Assembly: GCA_016721765.1 (NCBI GenBank)
Contig: JADKHO010000002.1
Coordinates: 927,141-991,140 of the forward strand
From: Bacteroidota bacterium
GTDB taxonomy: Bacteria; Bacteroidota; Bacteroidia; UBA4408
Length of the DNA stretch: 64,000 nucleotides
Reading direction: 5' to 3'
In this document: positions 1-9,038 of the stretch, one piece after another
Numbering within the stretch: position 1 is the stretch's first letter
Layout of the letters: each line of letters begins with the position of its first letter
Made by a program: the position numbers and the translations under genes
Notes under the pieces: generated by a model
Seen by the model: only the letters and a program-made list of their open reading frames with translations
Database searches by the model: none
What the model was told of the DNA's origin: nothing

Positions 1-92
1 TCTCAAAATGCGGCAATTCTACCACTTTGGGAAGTGATAATGCCATTTCTTTCGCTGTTCCAATGCTAATCATAAGGAAAGCCGCTTCTTGT

Positions 93-791
93 TTAAAATT
101 CTTCTAATTCCTTTTTTACCAAATCTTGATAACTTCTGCCCACCGGTATTGCCTTGCCACCCACTTCCACTTCTGTAGATGACACTGCATCAATTTTACT
201 CTTAGAAACCAAAAACGAACGATGCACCCGAACAAAATTTTTATCGTTTAAAAATTCTTCCAATTCACCCAGCTGAAACTTGGTTACTATGCTCTTATCC
301 TTTGTTACAATCTTTACATAATCTTTCAAACTTTCCACAAACAAGATTTCATCCAAGTATATTTTAAACTTCTTCTTGTTTACATTAAAAAATCGATGTG
401 CACGCTCTTGCTGTTGCGGTGTCGCTGCCACTACCATTTCGGCAGCCGGCTGCAAGCGGTTCACTGCTTTTAAGAAACGCGCAAACGAAAATGGTTTTAG
501 CAAATAATCAACTATCTCCAACTCAAAACCTTCAATTGCGTATTGCTTGTAGGCACTAGTAATAATCACCTTGGGTGGATGGTGCAAGGCTTTCAAAAAA
601 TCAATCCCTTTTAACTTGGGCAAATGAATGTCCAAAAAAATCACATCGATGTGCTTTTGTTTCAACACTTCAAAAGCAGAAATAGCATCGAAACAAATTT
701 GTTCGAGCTTTAAAAAAGAAACTTGCCCGATGTATGATTGCGTAATTTCGGCTGCAAGCGGTTCGTCTTCAATGATGAGGCAATTGAGCAT
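93..791 (-). CDS. Two-component response regulator, LytTR family (receiver + LytTR DNA-binding domain)
   Basis: The N-terminus has a CheY-like receiver with a conserved Asp pocket (IIEDEPLAA...FLDIHLP). The C-terminus (HRSFLVSKSKI) matches the LytTR motif. The gene overlaps the upstream kinase gene by 23 nt. Confidence 0.85.
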   Translation of the reverse strand: MLNCLIIEDEPLAAEITQSYIGQVSFLKLEQICFDAISAFEVLKQKHIDVIFLDIHLPKLKGIDFLKALHHPPKVIITSAYKQYAIEGFELEIVDYLLKPFSFARFLKAVNRLQPAAEMVVAATPQQQERAHRFFNVNKKKFKIYLDEILFVESLKDYVKIVTKDKSIVTKFQLGELEEFLNDKNFVRVHRSFLVSKSKIDAVSSTEVEVGGKAIPVGRSYQDLVKKELEEF

Positions 792-1806
792 TTTCGTGTG
801 CTTTAAGATGGATTACTAGGTGAATTACAAATGTGTCTTTCAAATCTTTTATTTCTAAGTGATGGTGCTTACCATAAATTAATTCCAATTGTCGACTTAT
901 ATTCTTTAATCCAATTCCAACTGAATTTTCATTTGTTCCTTCTTTGCTGTTGGTGACCGTAAAACTTAGTGTACCTTGTTTCAGCTGCAAAGAAATCGAG
1001 ATCGTTGCATCAAAACGAGATTCGCTGGCACCATGCTTAAAACTATTTTCTACAAATGGTATCAGCAACAACGGAGCAATTAGCTCTTCCTCATTGTCCA
1101 CCTCAATATCCAAATTAACGGTAAGCCTGTCGCCATAGCGCAATTGCTCCAACTCAATATAATCATTCAGTGTTTTTATTTCATCTGCCAATTTTATTTT
1201 TTCGGCTGCTCCATCGTGCACCATAAATTGTAGCAGTTCGCTTAATTTTAAAATGGCATCCGATGTTTGAGGTGAATTTTTTAGCGACAATCCATAAATA
1301 TTATTTAAGGTGTTGAATAAGAAATGTGGATTTATTTGTGCTTTCAAAAAACTCAATTCGGTTTGCAATTTTTCCTTTTGTAACTCCTGCTCCCGCTCCA
1401 CACTAGCATACTTTTGCTTAAACAATTTAATGCTCACCGCAATGGCTGCTACCGAAAACACTTCAAATGTTCCCCACAACATTTTTGCAAAATTCCAGAA
1501 ATGAAATTCGCTATCGGGATAATAATAAGGCTGAACAATTTTATAAATCGTAAACCTGAAAATCAGCGAAGAGACAATGATCAAAAATAGGAGTATCAAA
1601 AAAAATTGAGCATACTGTCGGGTAATCACATAACGAGGTAAAATAAAATAGAGGATAAAATAAGTGGTTACAATCTTTAGCGGCAATTGCACTGCATCCG
1701 CCCAAAACGAACGGATAAAATTTCCATCGTAGGAGCCCATCACATAAACGCCCCACACAATATAGGTGAGCCAAAATAAGATGTGATACAGTACGCGTTT
1801 GGTCAT
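769..1806 (-). CDS. Sensor histidine kinase (LytS/YehU-type, His_kinase internal region + HATPase)
   Basis: The N-terminus has multiple TM helices. It is followed by a coiled-coil and an H-box region (FLKAQINPHFLFNTLNNI) and a C-terminal ATPase segment, typical of LytTR-partner kinases. Confidence 0.8.
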   Translation of the reverse strand: MTKRVLYHILFWLTYIVWGVYVMGSYDGNFIRSFWADAVQLPLKIVTTYFILYFILPRYVITRQYAQFFLILLFLIIVSSLIFRFTIYKIVQPYYYPDSEFHFWNFAKMLWGTFEVFSVAAIAVSIKLFKQKYASVEREQELQKEKLQTELSFLKAQINPHFLFNTLNNIYGLSLKNSPQTSDAILKLSELLQFMVHDGAAEKIKLADEIKTLNDYIELEQLRYGDRLTVNLDIEVDNEEELIAPLLLIPFVENSFKHGASESRFDATISISLQLKQGTLSFTVTNSKEGTNENSVGIGLKNISRQLELIYGKHHHLEIKDLKDTFVIHLVIHLKAHENAQLPHH

Positions 1807-2005
1807 GTTACAAAATTGATGATTTATCCTCGCTTTCTGTTGCGATGAAGTTAAAATTCACGCATCAGCCTACAAACAACAGGCATTTGCCAACGAACGG
1901 AAATTCTATGCATTTAGTGCTATACGTAGGCTTCAAACGGTTGATTGTATACTAATTAATTTTCTATCCTTAAAACGATGTAGTCTTACAACAAAAAATA
2001 AGTAA

Positions 2006-3391
2006 ATGCCAAAAAAGATACTTTATTTCTTACTTGCTCTTCTGTTTGGCTCTAATGCAAAGGCAAACATACTAAATGTTCCGGCTAATTTCGCCAACAT
2101 CCAGCTTGCCATTATTGCTTCCGCAGATGGAGATACAGTGTTGGTGGAACCGGGTACTTATTTTGAAAATATAAATTTAAGAGGAAAAAAAATATTGCTC
2201 ACCAGCCGTTTTTACGAATTAAAAGATACCGGATTTATATGTTCCACCATTATTAACGGAAGTCAACCCACTTACCCCGATTCAGCTAGTTGTATTACTA
2301 TTAATACGGCCGAAGATTCCACCACCATTATTCAAGGATTTACCATTACCGGCGGCGCAGGGACTAAATGGACGGATGAGCATGGTGCCGGGAATTACCG
2401 CGAAGGAGGAGGAATACTCATTGCTTACGCCTCTCCTACAATTCGCAACAATCATATAATAAACAATTGGGTTACAAATACCTTAACTGTTGCGTCCACA
2501 GGAGGCGGTGGAGTGCGCTGTGGAGACGGGCACCCACACATTTACAACAATGTGATTGCTTATAACAAAGCAAGATATGGAGCAGGCATTGTATTTAATC
2601 ATTGCACCAACGCCTTACTTAAAAATAATGTAATCGCTCACAATTCTGGTGGACAAGATTATGGTGGCGGTGGCGTATGGACCAATTATGGCGGGCTACT
2701 GCGCATCGAGAATAATACTATTGCTTATAATCACGTTAGTGGAACCGGCACCTTTGGCGGAAAAGCCGGAGGTATATGTGTTCGCTCCAATACTGTAAAT
2801 GTAAAAAATAACATTGTGTGGGGCAATTCTCAAAGTGGTGGAAATTCAATCCGTAATTTTTCAGGAACGCTCACAGTAAGCTACACCGATGTGGATTATG
2901 CAGCACCCGGAATTGGAAACATCAATATCGATCCACTCTTTATCGACACAGCCATTTTTTCGCTCAGTCAAAACTCGCCTTGCATTGATAAAGGTGATTC
3001 TCTTTCAGGATATGATGATTTAACGATGGGAGCCTCTGCAGCGCTCTACCCTTCGCTTGGAACCAATCGTAACGATATAGGTGCTTATGGTGGTAAGCTA
3101 GCTCAGCTAATTCCTCCATGTGCACTTTTATCTGTCGGAATAAAATCCGAATCCATTATTACTGACTTAAAAATTTATCCAAATCCGGCAGTTGAATATA
3201 TTCAAATTGAATCTTTCAACCAAGCCATTTTTGGTATTGAAATAATTAATGCTAACGGTATACTTGTTAAACAAATTCAAGTAAATCAGTCCCAATATAA
3301 GTTAGACACCCAACAATTCTCCACTGGAATATATGTCTTGAAACTAATTTTCAGTGATCATGTGTGTTACCAAAAAATAGTAATCAACTAA
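2006..3391 (+). CDS. Secreted right-handed parallel beta-helix repeat protein with T9SS C-terminal sorting domain
   Basis: It has a signal peptide and repeated 'NN.I..N' beta-helix turns (NNHIINN, NNVIAYN, NNVIAHN, ENNTIAYN, KNNIVWGN). The C-terminal ~80 aa (KIYPNPA...VLKLIF) is a T9SS CTD. Confidence 0.6.
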   Translation: MPKKILYFLLALLFGSNAKANILNVPANFANIQLAIIASADGDTVLVEPGTYFENINLRGKKILLTSRFYELKDTGFICSTIINGSQPTYPDSASCITINTAEDSTTIIQGFTITGGAGTKWTDEHGAGNYREGGGILIAYASPTIRNNHIINNWVTNTLTVASTGGGGVRCGDGHPHIYNNVIAYNKARYGAGIVFNHCTNALLKNNVIAHNSGGQDYGGGGVWTNYGGLLRIENNTIAYNHVSGTGTFGGKAGGICVRSNTVNVKNNIVWGNSQSGGNSIRNFSGTLTVSYTDVDYAAPGIGNINIDPLFIDTAIFSLSQNSPCIDKGDSLSGYDDLTMGASAALYPSLGTNRNDIGAYGGKLAQLIPPCALLSVGIKSESIITDLKIYPNPAVEYIQIESFNQAIFGIEIINANGILVKQIQVNQSQYKLDTQQFSTGIYVLKLIFSDHVCYQKIVIN

Positions 3392-3402
3392 AAATTTGTG
3401 CC

Positions 3403-5172
3403 ATGGTAAAAAAAGCAGTACTTCCTTTAATTTTAGTTTTTACAACTTGTGCTTCTACTTGCTTATTCGCACAATCCTTTACCAAAATTACAAGCGGACC
3501 TGTTGTAAATACCATCGGCGATTCCAGAAGCGTAAACTGGATAGATGTAAATAACGATGATTTGCTCGACCTCATGATTACCAATGGCCCAGCCGGAGGG
3601 CAAAATAATTTTTTATACTTGAATGATGGAGTAGGCGGCTTTACTGCTGTAATTAACGACACCATTGTGAAAGATGGAAAGCCATCGGATGGCGCCACTT
3701 GGGCCGATACGGATAACGATGGAGACTTAGATTGTTTTGTTGCCAATTGGTACAATTTTATTGGACTGTATTACAACAATAATGGCAACGGAACATTTAC
3801 TTACAATGCAGCTGCCGGTTTAACCAATGGAATCAGCTATTCAGAGACAGCTTCCTGGGGCGATTATGATAAAGATGGATTTGTAGATTTATATGTAGCG
3901 CGCAGCGGCGGCACTGTTGCGACCAACCGCAACTTTTTATTTCATAATAATGGAAATAACACCTTTACCAAAATAACCACTGGTAGCTTAGTAACCGATG
4001 CCCTTGTTTCTAGAAGTGTGAATTGGACGGATGCAGATAACGATGGCGATTTAGATTTATTTGTGAGTAATGAAGATGTTACCAATAACGATGAAAATTT
4101 TTATCGAAACGACGGAAATGGTGTATTTACGAAACTCAGCAGTGGCGATTTACTCAATGACGGCAAAAAAACCATGAGCAGTTCCTGGGCTGATTTTGAC
4201 AACGATGGCGACTTGGATGTTTTTCTTGCGAATGAAGATGCTACAAATGCACTCTTTAGAAATGACGGAAATTTTAATTTCACCAAACTCATTGCAGATA
4301 CGGTTTCTAAAGGCATTGCAAACTCATTTAGTTCAGCTTGGAGCGATGTGGACAATGATGGGGATGTTGATTTATTTGTTACCAACTCCTTTAAAACAAA
4401 TACAAAAATGCCTTGTCACTTTTACCTTAATAATGGCAATGCAACGTTTACCCGCATCACTAATCATACGCTAACAGCCGATTCGGGTTGGACTTATGGC
4501 TGTGCATTTGGCGATTACGATAACGATGGCTTTGAAGATTTAGCGGTTGCCACGGTGCGATATCAAAGTCAAGATAAGCCTGATTGGCTTTATCACAACG
4601 ATGCCAACTCAAACAATTGGCTTACACTAAAACTTATTGGAACTACTACTAATAAATCCGCACTTGGAACAAAAGTTAGAATTAAGTCTCAAATAAATGG
4701 AACACCTGTTTGGCAAATGCGCGAAATTTCTTCACAGTCTTCCTATTGTGGACAAAATGATATGCGAGCACATTTTGGTTTAGGCAATGCCACTTTAGTG
4801 GATAGTTTAAAAATTGAATGGCTTTCGGGACTCGTCCAGGTTTTTGATTCAGTTCCATTAAATGAATTTATTACGATTACCGAAGGGCAAGTCTCCCTTG
4901 GAATTTCTGAAAAGGAAAAAGCTTCCGATATGATTCTATTTCCGAATCCCAGTAAAGGAATTATAACGCTAAGCAATATCCGCCTAAGCGAAGGAGATGT
5001 GATTTTAATCTCCAATAACAAAGGCGATACGTTAAGCAAAATAGACATAAAATCAGCTGTCTCTCGCTTCGAAATTGATCTCAAAAAACAAGAATGTAAA
5101 TCCGGTGGAAACTATTATATAACGGTACAAAGTAAAAATGGTTCTATCACTAAAAAAATTGTAAAGCTATGA
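3403..5172 (+). CDS. FG-GAP/ASPIC-UnbV (CRTAC1-like) repeat protein with T9SS C-terminal domain
   Basis: It has repeated DxDxDGDxD Ca-binding FG-GAP-like motifs (DADNDGDLDLFV, DFDNDGDLDVFL, DVDNDGDVDLFV) and a UnbV/ASPIC-like region. The C-terminal FPNPSKG... is a T9SS CTD. The start is taken at the ATG at 3403 (MVKKAVLP), a signal peptide, rather than the overlapping start at 3364. Confidence 0.65.
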   Translation: MVKKAVLPLILVFTTCASTCLFAQSFTKITSGPVVNTIGDSRSVNWIDVNNDDLLDLMITNGPAGGQNNFLYLNDGVGGFTAVINDTIVKDGKPSDGATWADTDNDGDLDCFVANWYNFIGLYYNNNGNGTFTYNAAAGLTNGISYSETASWGDYDKDGFVDLYVARSGGTVATNRNFLFHNNGNNTFTKITTGSLVTDALVSRSVNWTDADNDGDLDLFVSNEDVTNNDENFYRNDGNGVFTKLSSGDLLNDGKKTMSSSWADFDNDGDLDVFLANEDATNALFRNDGNFNFTKLIADTVSKGIANSFSSAWSDVDNDGDVDLFVTNSFKTNTKMPCHFYLNNGNATFTRITNHTLTADSGWTYGCAFGDYDNDGFEDLAVATVRYQSQDKPDWLYHNDANSNNWLTLKLIGTTTNKSALGTKVRIKSQINGTPVWQMREISSQSSYCGQNDMRAHFGLGNATLVDSLKIEWLSGLVQVFDSVPLNEFITITEGQVSLGISEKEKASDMILFPNPSKGIITLSNIRLSEGDVILISNNKGDTLSKIDIKSAVSRFEIDLKKQECKSGGNYYITVQSKNGSITKKIVKL

Positions 5173-5222
5173 ACCCATTAAATTGTTTTAAGTTTGGTTA
5201 ACAAAAGGGAGCACGAGGAGAA

Positions 5223-5258
5223 CACAAAGCTTTGCAGCTAGCTTTGTGCTTTTCTTTG
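5223..5258 (+). terminator. Rho-independent terminator hairpin (CACAAAGC...GCTTTGTG + T-run)
   Basis: There is a perfect 8-bp stem followed by a T-rich tract immediately after the stop of the 3403..5172 gene. Confidence 0.5.
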
Positions 5259-5313
5259 TGTAAAAAGGGGAAGCATTTTCTAAAATAAAAATAAATAATC
5301 CACATAAAAAAAC

Positions 5314-6357
5314 ATGAAAATAAAAGCGCTTATTCTATCGTCATTTTTGCTTTTTCTTACTTGTAAAATAGAAGCACAATCCGAATTAAAAAAACCTGAA
5401 GCCAGTCAAGCTGCTGAAGTGAGCCAGCGCATTGGCTTAACGGATATTCGTATTAGCTATCACAGTCCCTTAGCCAATGGCCGCAAAATTTGGGGCGAGC
5501 TTGTTCCTTATAAGGAAGTATGGCGTGCCGGTGCGAATGAAAATACTTCCATCAGCTTTTCTACCGATGTTGAAATTGAAGGGAAAGGCTTATCAGCCGG
5601 CACTTATGGACTTCACATGATACCCGGCGAAAAAGAATGGACGATTATTTTTTCTAAAAACTATTACGCCTGGGGAAGTTTTTTCTACAACGAAAAGGAC
5701 GACGCTTTGAGGGTTCAAGTTAATCCCAAAACAGCTCCCATGCAAGACTGGCTAAGCTATTCCTTCCTATATCCCAAAGCAAAAGCGGTAACTATTGCTT
5801 TACATTGGGAACAATTAATTATTCCTATTCAGGTAGATATAAATGTACCCGAAACGGTTTATGAAAGTATGCGCCGCGAATTAAGTAATGTGAATGGTTT
5901 CTTTTGGCAGGGTCATAATCAGGCAGCAGCCTATTGCATACAAAATAACATTCACTTAGATGATGCTTCTGCTTGGATTGAAAAATCCATTTCCATCCAA
6001 AAGAATTTTACAAACCTCACAACCAAAGCTAAACTATTGGAAGTTCAAGGGAAATCACAAGAGGCAGATGCTTTGCGCAAAGAAGCCCTCACAATGGCCG
6101 ATGAAGCACAAATTAATGCTTATGGTTATGCACTAATTGCACAAAGCAAACTTGCGGATGCAACAGAGCTATTTCGACTTAATGTAAAACGTTATCCGGC
6201 GTCTTGGAATGTATATGACAGCTTGGGAGAAGCGCTGGATATGGCCGGTGATAAAAAAGGGGCAATTAACAATTATAAAACTGCCTTGTCAAAAGCGCCT
6301 GACGCACAGAAAAAAAGAATAGGTGATATTCTTAAAAAGCTGGAAGGAAAATCCTAA
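5314..6357 (+). CDS. DUF2911 domain protein with C-terminal TPR repeats (secreted)
   Basis: It has a signal peptide and a DUF2911-like N-domain (ISYHSP...GRKIWGELVPYKEVWRAGANE). The C-terminus has TPR-like helical repeats. Confidence 0.5.
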   Translation: MKIKALILSSFLLFLTCKIEAQSELKKPEASQAAEVSQRIGLTDIRISYHSPLANGRKIWGELVPYKEVWRAGANENTSISFSTDVEIEGKGLSAGTYGLHMIPGEKEWTIIFSKNYYAWGSFFYNEKDDALRVQVNPKTAPMQDWLSYSFLYPKAKAVTIALHWEQLIIPIQVDINVPETVYESMRRELSNVNGFFWQGHNQAAAYCIQNNIHLDDASAWIEKSISIQKNFTNLTTKAKLLEVQGKSQEADALRKEALTMADEAQINAYGYALIAQSKLADATELFRLNVKRYPASWNVYDSLGEALDMAGDKKGAINNYKTALSKAPDAQKKRIGDILKKLEGKS

Positions 6358-6363
6358 AAAAAA

Positions 6364-6389
6364 GGCGCGTTTCGAAAACGCGCCTTTTA
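6364..6389. terminator. Bidirectional terminator palindrome GGCGCGTTTcgaaAACGCGCC between convergent genes
   Basis: There is a perfect 9-bp inverted repeat flanked by A/T runs between the + gene ending at 6357 and the - gene ending at 6393. Confidence 0.6.
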
Positions 6390-6392
6390 AAT

Positions 6393-6887
6393 TTATTTCT
6401 TTAAAAAATTTAGTTGCCCTAAATGATAGGCTAAGTGCCCGGTTCGACCTATAACCACATTTAATTTGTTGCGATGTGGCTCCTTCACAAAGTCTTCTGC
6501 AGAAACCGAAGTGTGCCGCTCAAACCAATCATTAGCAGTCAAGCTTGCAAAATGCTTACTCAACTCAGCGCAGGAGTCAGACCAAAAATTCCTTATCTCT
6601 GCAATAGTCGGCAACACTTCCAATTCCCTATCCGCCTTATTCAAAAAAGCCTCAGACCATTGTGGAAATTTTTGTGCACCAAAGTTTAATAAAGGCAGCA
6701 TTTTATCATTCACCGCGGCCAAGTGGCCCACTAAATAAATTCCTCTGTTACGCCCGGGAGCTACTTCATTTTGCAATTGTTCATCACTCAGCGAACTGAG
6801 TAATTTGCTGGTATGGTTTACCTGGGCATTCCATGCATCCAAGGCCATTTTAACCAGAAGTTGATTTTGATCGATTACTGTTTCCAT
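6393..6887 (-). CDS. DinB/DinB_2 family (four-helix-bundle metal-dependent) protein
   Basis: The protein is 164 aa with His-containing motifs (VGHLAAV, HLAYHLGQ) spaced as in DinB_2 proteins. It is transcribed divergently from the HxlR gene. Confidence 0.45.
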   Translation of the reverse strand: METVIDQNQLLVKMALDAWNAQVNHTSKLLSSLSDEQLQNEVAPGRNRGIYLVGHLAAVNDKMLPLLNFGAQKFPQWSEAFLNKADRELEVLPTIAEIRNFWSDSCAELSKHFASLTANDWFERHTSVSAEDFVKEPHRNKLNVVIGRTGHLAYHLGQLNFLKK

Positions 6888-6978
6888 GTTGTTTTTAATT
6901 AGGTTTTAATTTAATTGAATTGCACTCCAATGCTTGAAAATAAACCGAGTAGAATAAAAAGAATATCCTACTTTTGTA

Positions 6979-7033
6979 CACTTGCAAAACGCAAGTGAAT
7001 GCAAATGTAGTTTATTACTTGCATTTTGCAAGC
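6979..7033. promoter_or_regulatory. Two related palindromic operator-like sites (CACTTGCaaaacGCAAGTG and CTTGCAtttTGCAAG) upstream of the HxlR gene
   Basis: The two inverted repeats share the half-site CTTGC(A). They lie in the divergent intergenic region between the DinB-like gene and the HxlR gene. Confidence 0.45.
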
Positions 7034-7136
7034 ATTATTTAAAAATAGTTTGAATAATTATTTGACCCCGATTCGAAACCTAAGTCAAATCAGTGTTACA
7101 AGTGTTTAAAAAATTGATCAATGTTTTATAATAAAT

Positions 7137-7559
7137 ATGGAATCGCATAAATCACATTGTCCCATCAACCTTTCGCTCGAAATATTTGGCGATAAATGGA
7201 GCTTGGTAATTATCCGCGACATGATGTTTGGCAACAAGCGCTCTTTCAGAGAATTGATAGATTCGCACGAGAAAATTGCTACCAATATATTAAGCGACAG
7301 GCTACTGATGCTCGAACGTGAAGGCATCATCACTAAAGCAAAAGACCCGGCACACAAACTCAAGTTCATATACAGCCTTACTAAAAAGGGTATCGATTTA
7401 CTGCCCATCCTCACCGAAATTGGTGCCTGGGGCATGAAACATTTAGCTTTTGATGAAGAAAAATTTCAGCATGCCAAAAAATTAGTAAAGGGCGGCAAGG
7501 AAATGCAGAAAGAAGTAAAACATTATTTGATAAAAGAGCACTTGAATAAAAAGAAATAA
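7137..7559 (+). CDS. HxlR family transcriptional regulator
   Basis: The CPI..SL...GDKWSL.II wHTH signature is typical of the HxlR/MarR-like family. Confidence 0.8.
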   Translation: MESHKSHCPINLSLEIFGDKWSLVIIRDMMFGNKRSFRELIDSHEKIATNILSDRLLMLEREGIITKAKDPAHKLKFIYSLTKKGIDLLPILTEIGAWGMKHLAFDEEKFQHAKKLVKGGKEMQKEVKHYLIKEHLNKKK

Positions 7560-7569
7560 CAAAAAATTT

Positions 7570-8601
7570 ATGGAAATAGGAATCGACAGTTTTGCAGCGG
7601 CTACTTTAAGTGAAGATAAAACAAAAGCATTACACCCGGCACAATCCATTGCCGATTTGTTGGAGCGCATTGAAGCCGCCGATGCTGCAGGCTTGGATGT
7701 ATTTGGAATAGGTGAACACCACCGCAAAGAATTTTTAGATTCGGCACCAACGGTTATTCTTGCAGCCGCCGCCGCTAAAACCAAACGCATTATACTTACC
7801 AGTGCAGTAACTGTATTGAGTGCCATTGACCCGGTGCGCGCATTTCAAAACTTTGCCACACTCGATTTAGTTTCTCAAGGCAGGGCCGAAATGGTGGTGG
7901 GCAGAGGTTCTTTCACAGAAGCCTTTCCTTTGTTTGGATTAGATTTAAATGATTACGATGAATTGTTTGCCGAGAACTTAGATTTGCTTTTAAAAATACG
8001 CGACAATGAAGTGATAACTTGGAACGGAAATTTCAGAGCACCCTTGCAACAACCAGCCATTTATCCGCGTCCGCTTCAAAAAAAATTACCCATTTGGCTG
8101 GGAGTGGGCGGTACTCCCGAATCATTTGTTCGTGCGGGAACACTTGGCTTGCCGCTCATGGTTGCAATTATAGGTGGAGAAACACAACGCTTTCGACCCT
8201 ATATAGATTTGTATCGAGCTGCCGGAAAACGTGCCGGATTTGCTGCGGAACAATTAACGGTAGGCTTGCATTCCCTCGGCTATGTTGCCAGCAGCAAGGA
8301 AGAAGCCATCGCCGATTATTATCCAGGCTATGCCGAAACGTTTACTCGCATTGGTAAAGAAAGAGGCTGGCCACCGGTGAGTCGTGCACGTTTTGATGCG
8401 CAAAATGGTCCATTGGGCGCGCTATTAGTTGGCGCCCCGGATGAAATTGCCGAAAAAATAATTCGTCACAGTGAAGCATTGGGTGGCATTTCACGCTTTA
8501 CGTTTCAAATGGATAATGCGGCATTGCCACATAGTAAATTATTGAACTCGATTCGTTTGATCGGGGAAAAGGTGGCGCCTTTAGTGAATGGGAGCATTTG
8601 A
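7570..8601 (+). CDS. LLM class flavin-dependent oxidoreductase (luciferase-like monooxygenase)
   Basis: It has an LLM TIM-barrel signature region (FGIGEHH, VGRGS) and is 343 aa. Confidence 0.75.
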   Translation: MEIGIDSFAAATLSEDKTKALHPAQSIADLLERIEAADAAGLDVFGIGEHHRKEFLDSAPTVILAAAAAKTKRIILTSAVTVLSAIDPVRAFQNFATLDLVSQGRAEMVVGRGSFTEAFPLFGLDLNDYDELFAENLDLLLKIRDNEVITWNGNFRAPLQQPAIYPRPLQKKLPIWLGVGGTPESFVRAGTLGLPLMVAIIGGETQRFRPYIDLYRAAGKRAGFAAEQLTVGLHSLGYVASSKEEAIADYYPGYAETFTRIGKERGWPPVSRARFDAQNGPLGALLVGAPDEIAEKIIRHSEALGGISRFTFQMDNAALPHSKLLNSIRLIGEKVAPLVNGSI

Positions 8602-8680
8602 TTTATGAAACCGAATGTTCCATAAATCACAACTTCTTATTTATTGAAATAGGAAGCATAACGTACATCATAAGCTAAAG

Positions 8681-9037
8681 TTATATTGAGCCTTTATCCC
8701 AAAAGGCAAAATAAATCAACATCAAAAATCCTACAATAGCAAGCAATCCATGCACGATCCCTAGCCATTTAGGGACTGACTTGCCGGTGATATCTCTGTA
8801 ATTTAAAATTAGTCCTCCTGATGCTGCTACTATAAATACAACGATGCTGGTCCATGGTCCGCCATCTTGTCTAATACAATAAATGAATAATAGGATTAAA
8901 GCCACAACAGCCAATAAACCATGTATAATAGTTACACCTTTTGGGGTGGATTTGTTGCGTAAAAGCAGGGTGAATAAATACATTCCTAAAAGGGCTGTCA
9001 TCCCCAAAATGGCAATTGCAGCATATATCGTTTCCAT
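8681..9037 (-). CDS. Small integral membrane protein (4 predicted TM helices), function unknown
   Basis: The protein is 118 aa and strongly hydrophobic. It directly follows the Rieske/FAD oxidoreductase gene with a 1-nt gap. Confidence 0.4.
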   Translation of the reverse strand: METIYAAIAILGMTALLGMYLFTLLLRNKSTPKGVTIIHGLLAVVALILLFIYCIRQDGGPWTSIVVFIVAASGGLILNYRDITGKSVPKWLGIVHGLLAIVGFLMLIYFAFWDKGSI

Positions 9038-9038
9038 G

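Noticed and set aside
628-1138. Short ORFs at 628..819 and 944..1138 inside the two-component genes, and similar antisense ORFs at 7482..7826, 8019..8357, 9112..9429, 20629..21141, 26345..26704, 33419..33748, 34105..34368, 43858..44397, 48978..49274, 49966..50307, 60138..60967
   Set aside because: All lie on the opposite strand of, or are nested within, long well-supported genes. They are low-complexity and have no motifs, so they are shadow ORFs.
3364-3402. The upstream alternative start of the FG-GAP protein overlaps the previous gene's last 28 nt
   Set aside because: The ATG at 3403 gives a canonical signal peptide (MVKKAVLPLILVF) and avoids the overlap, so the extension is unlikely.
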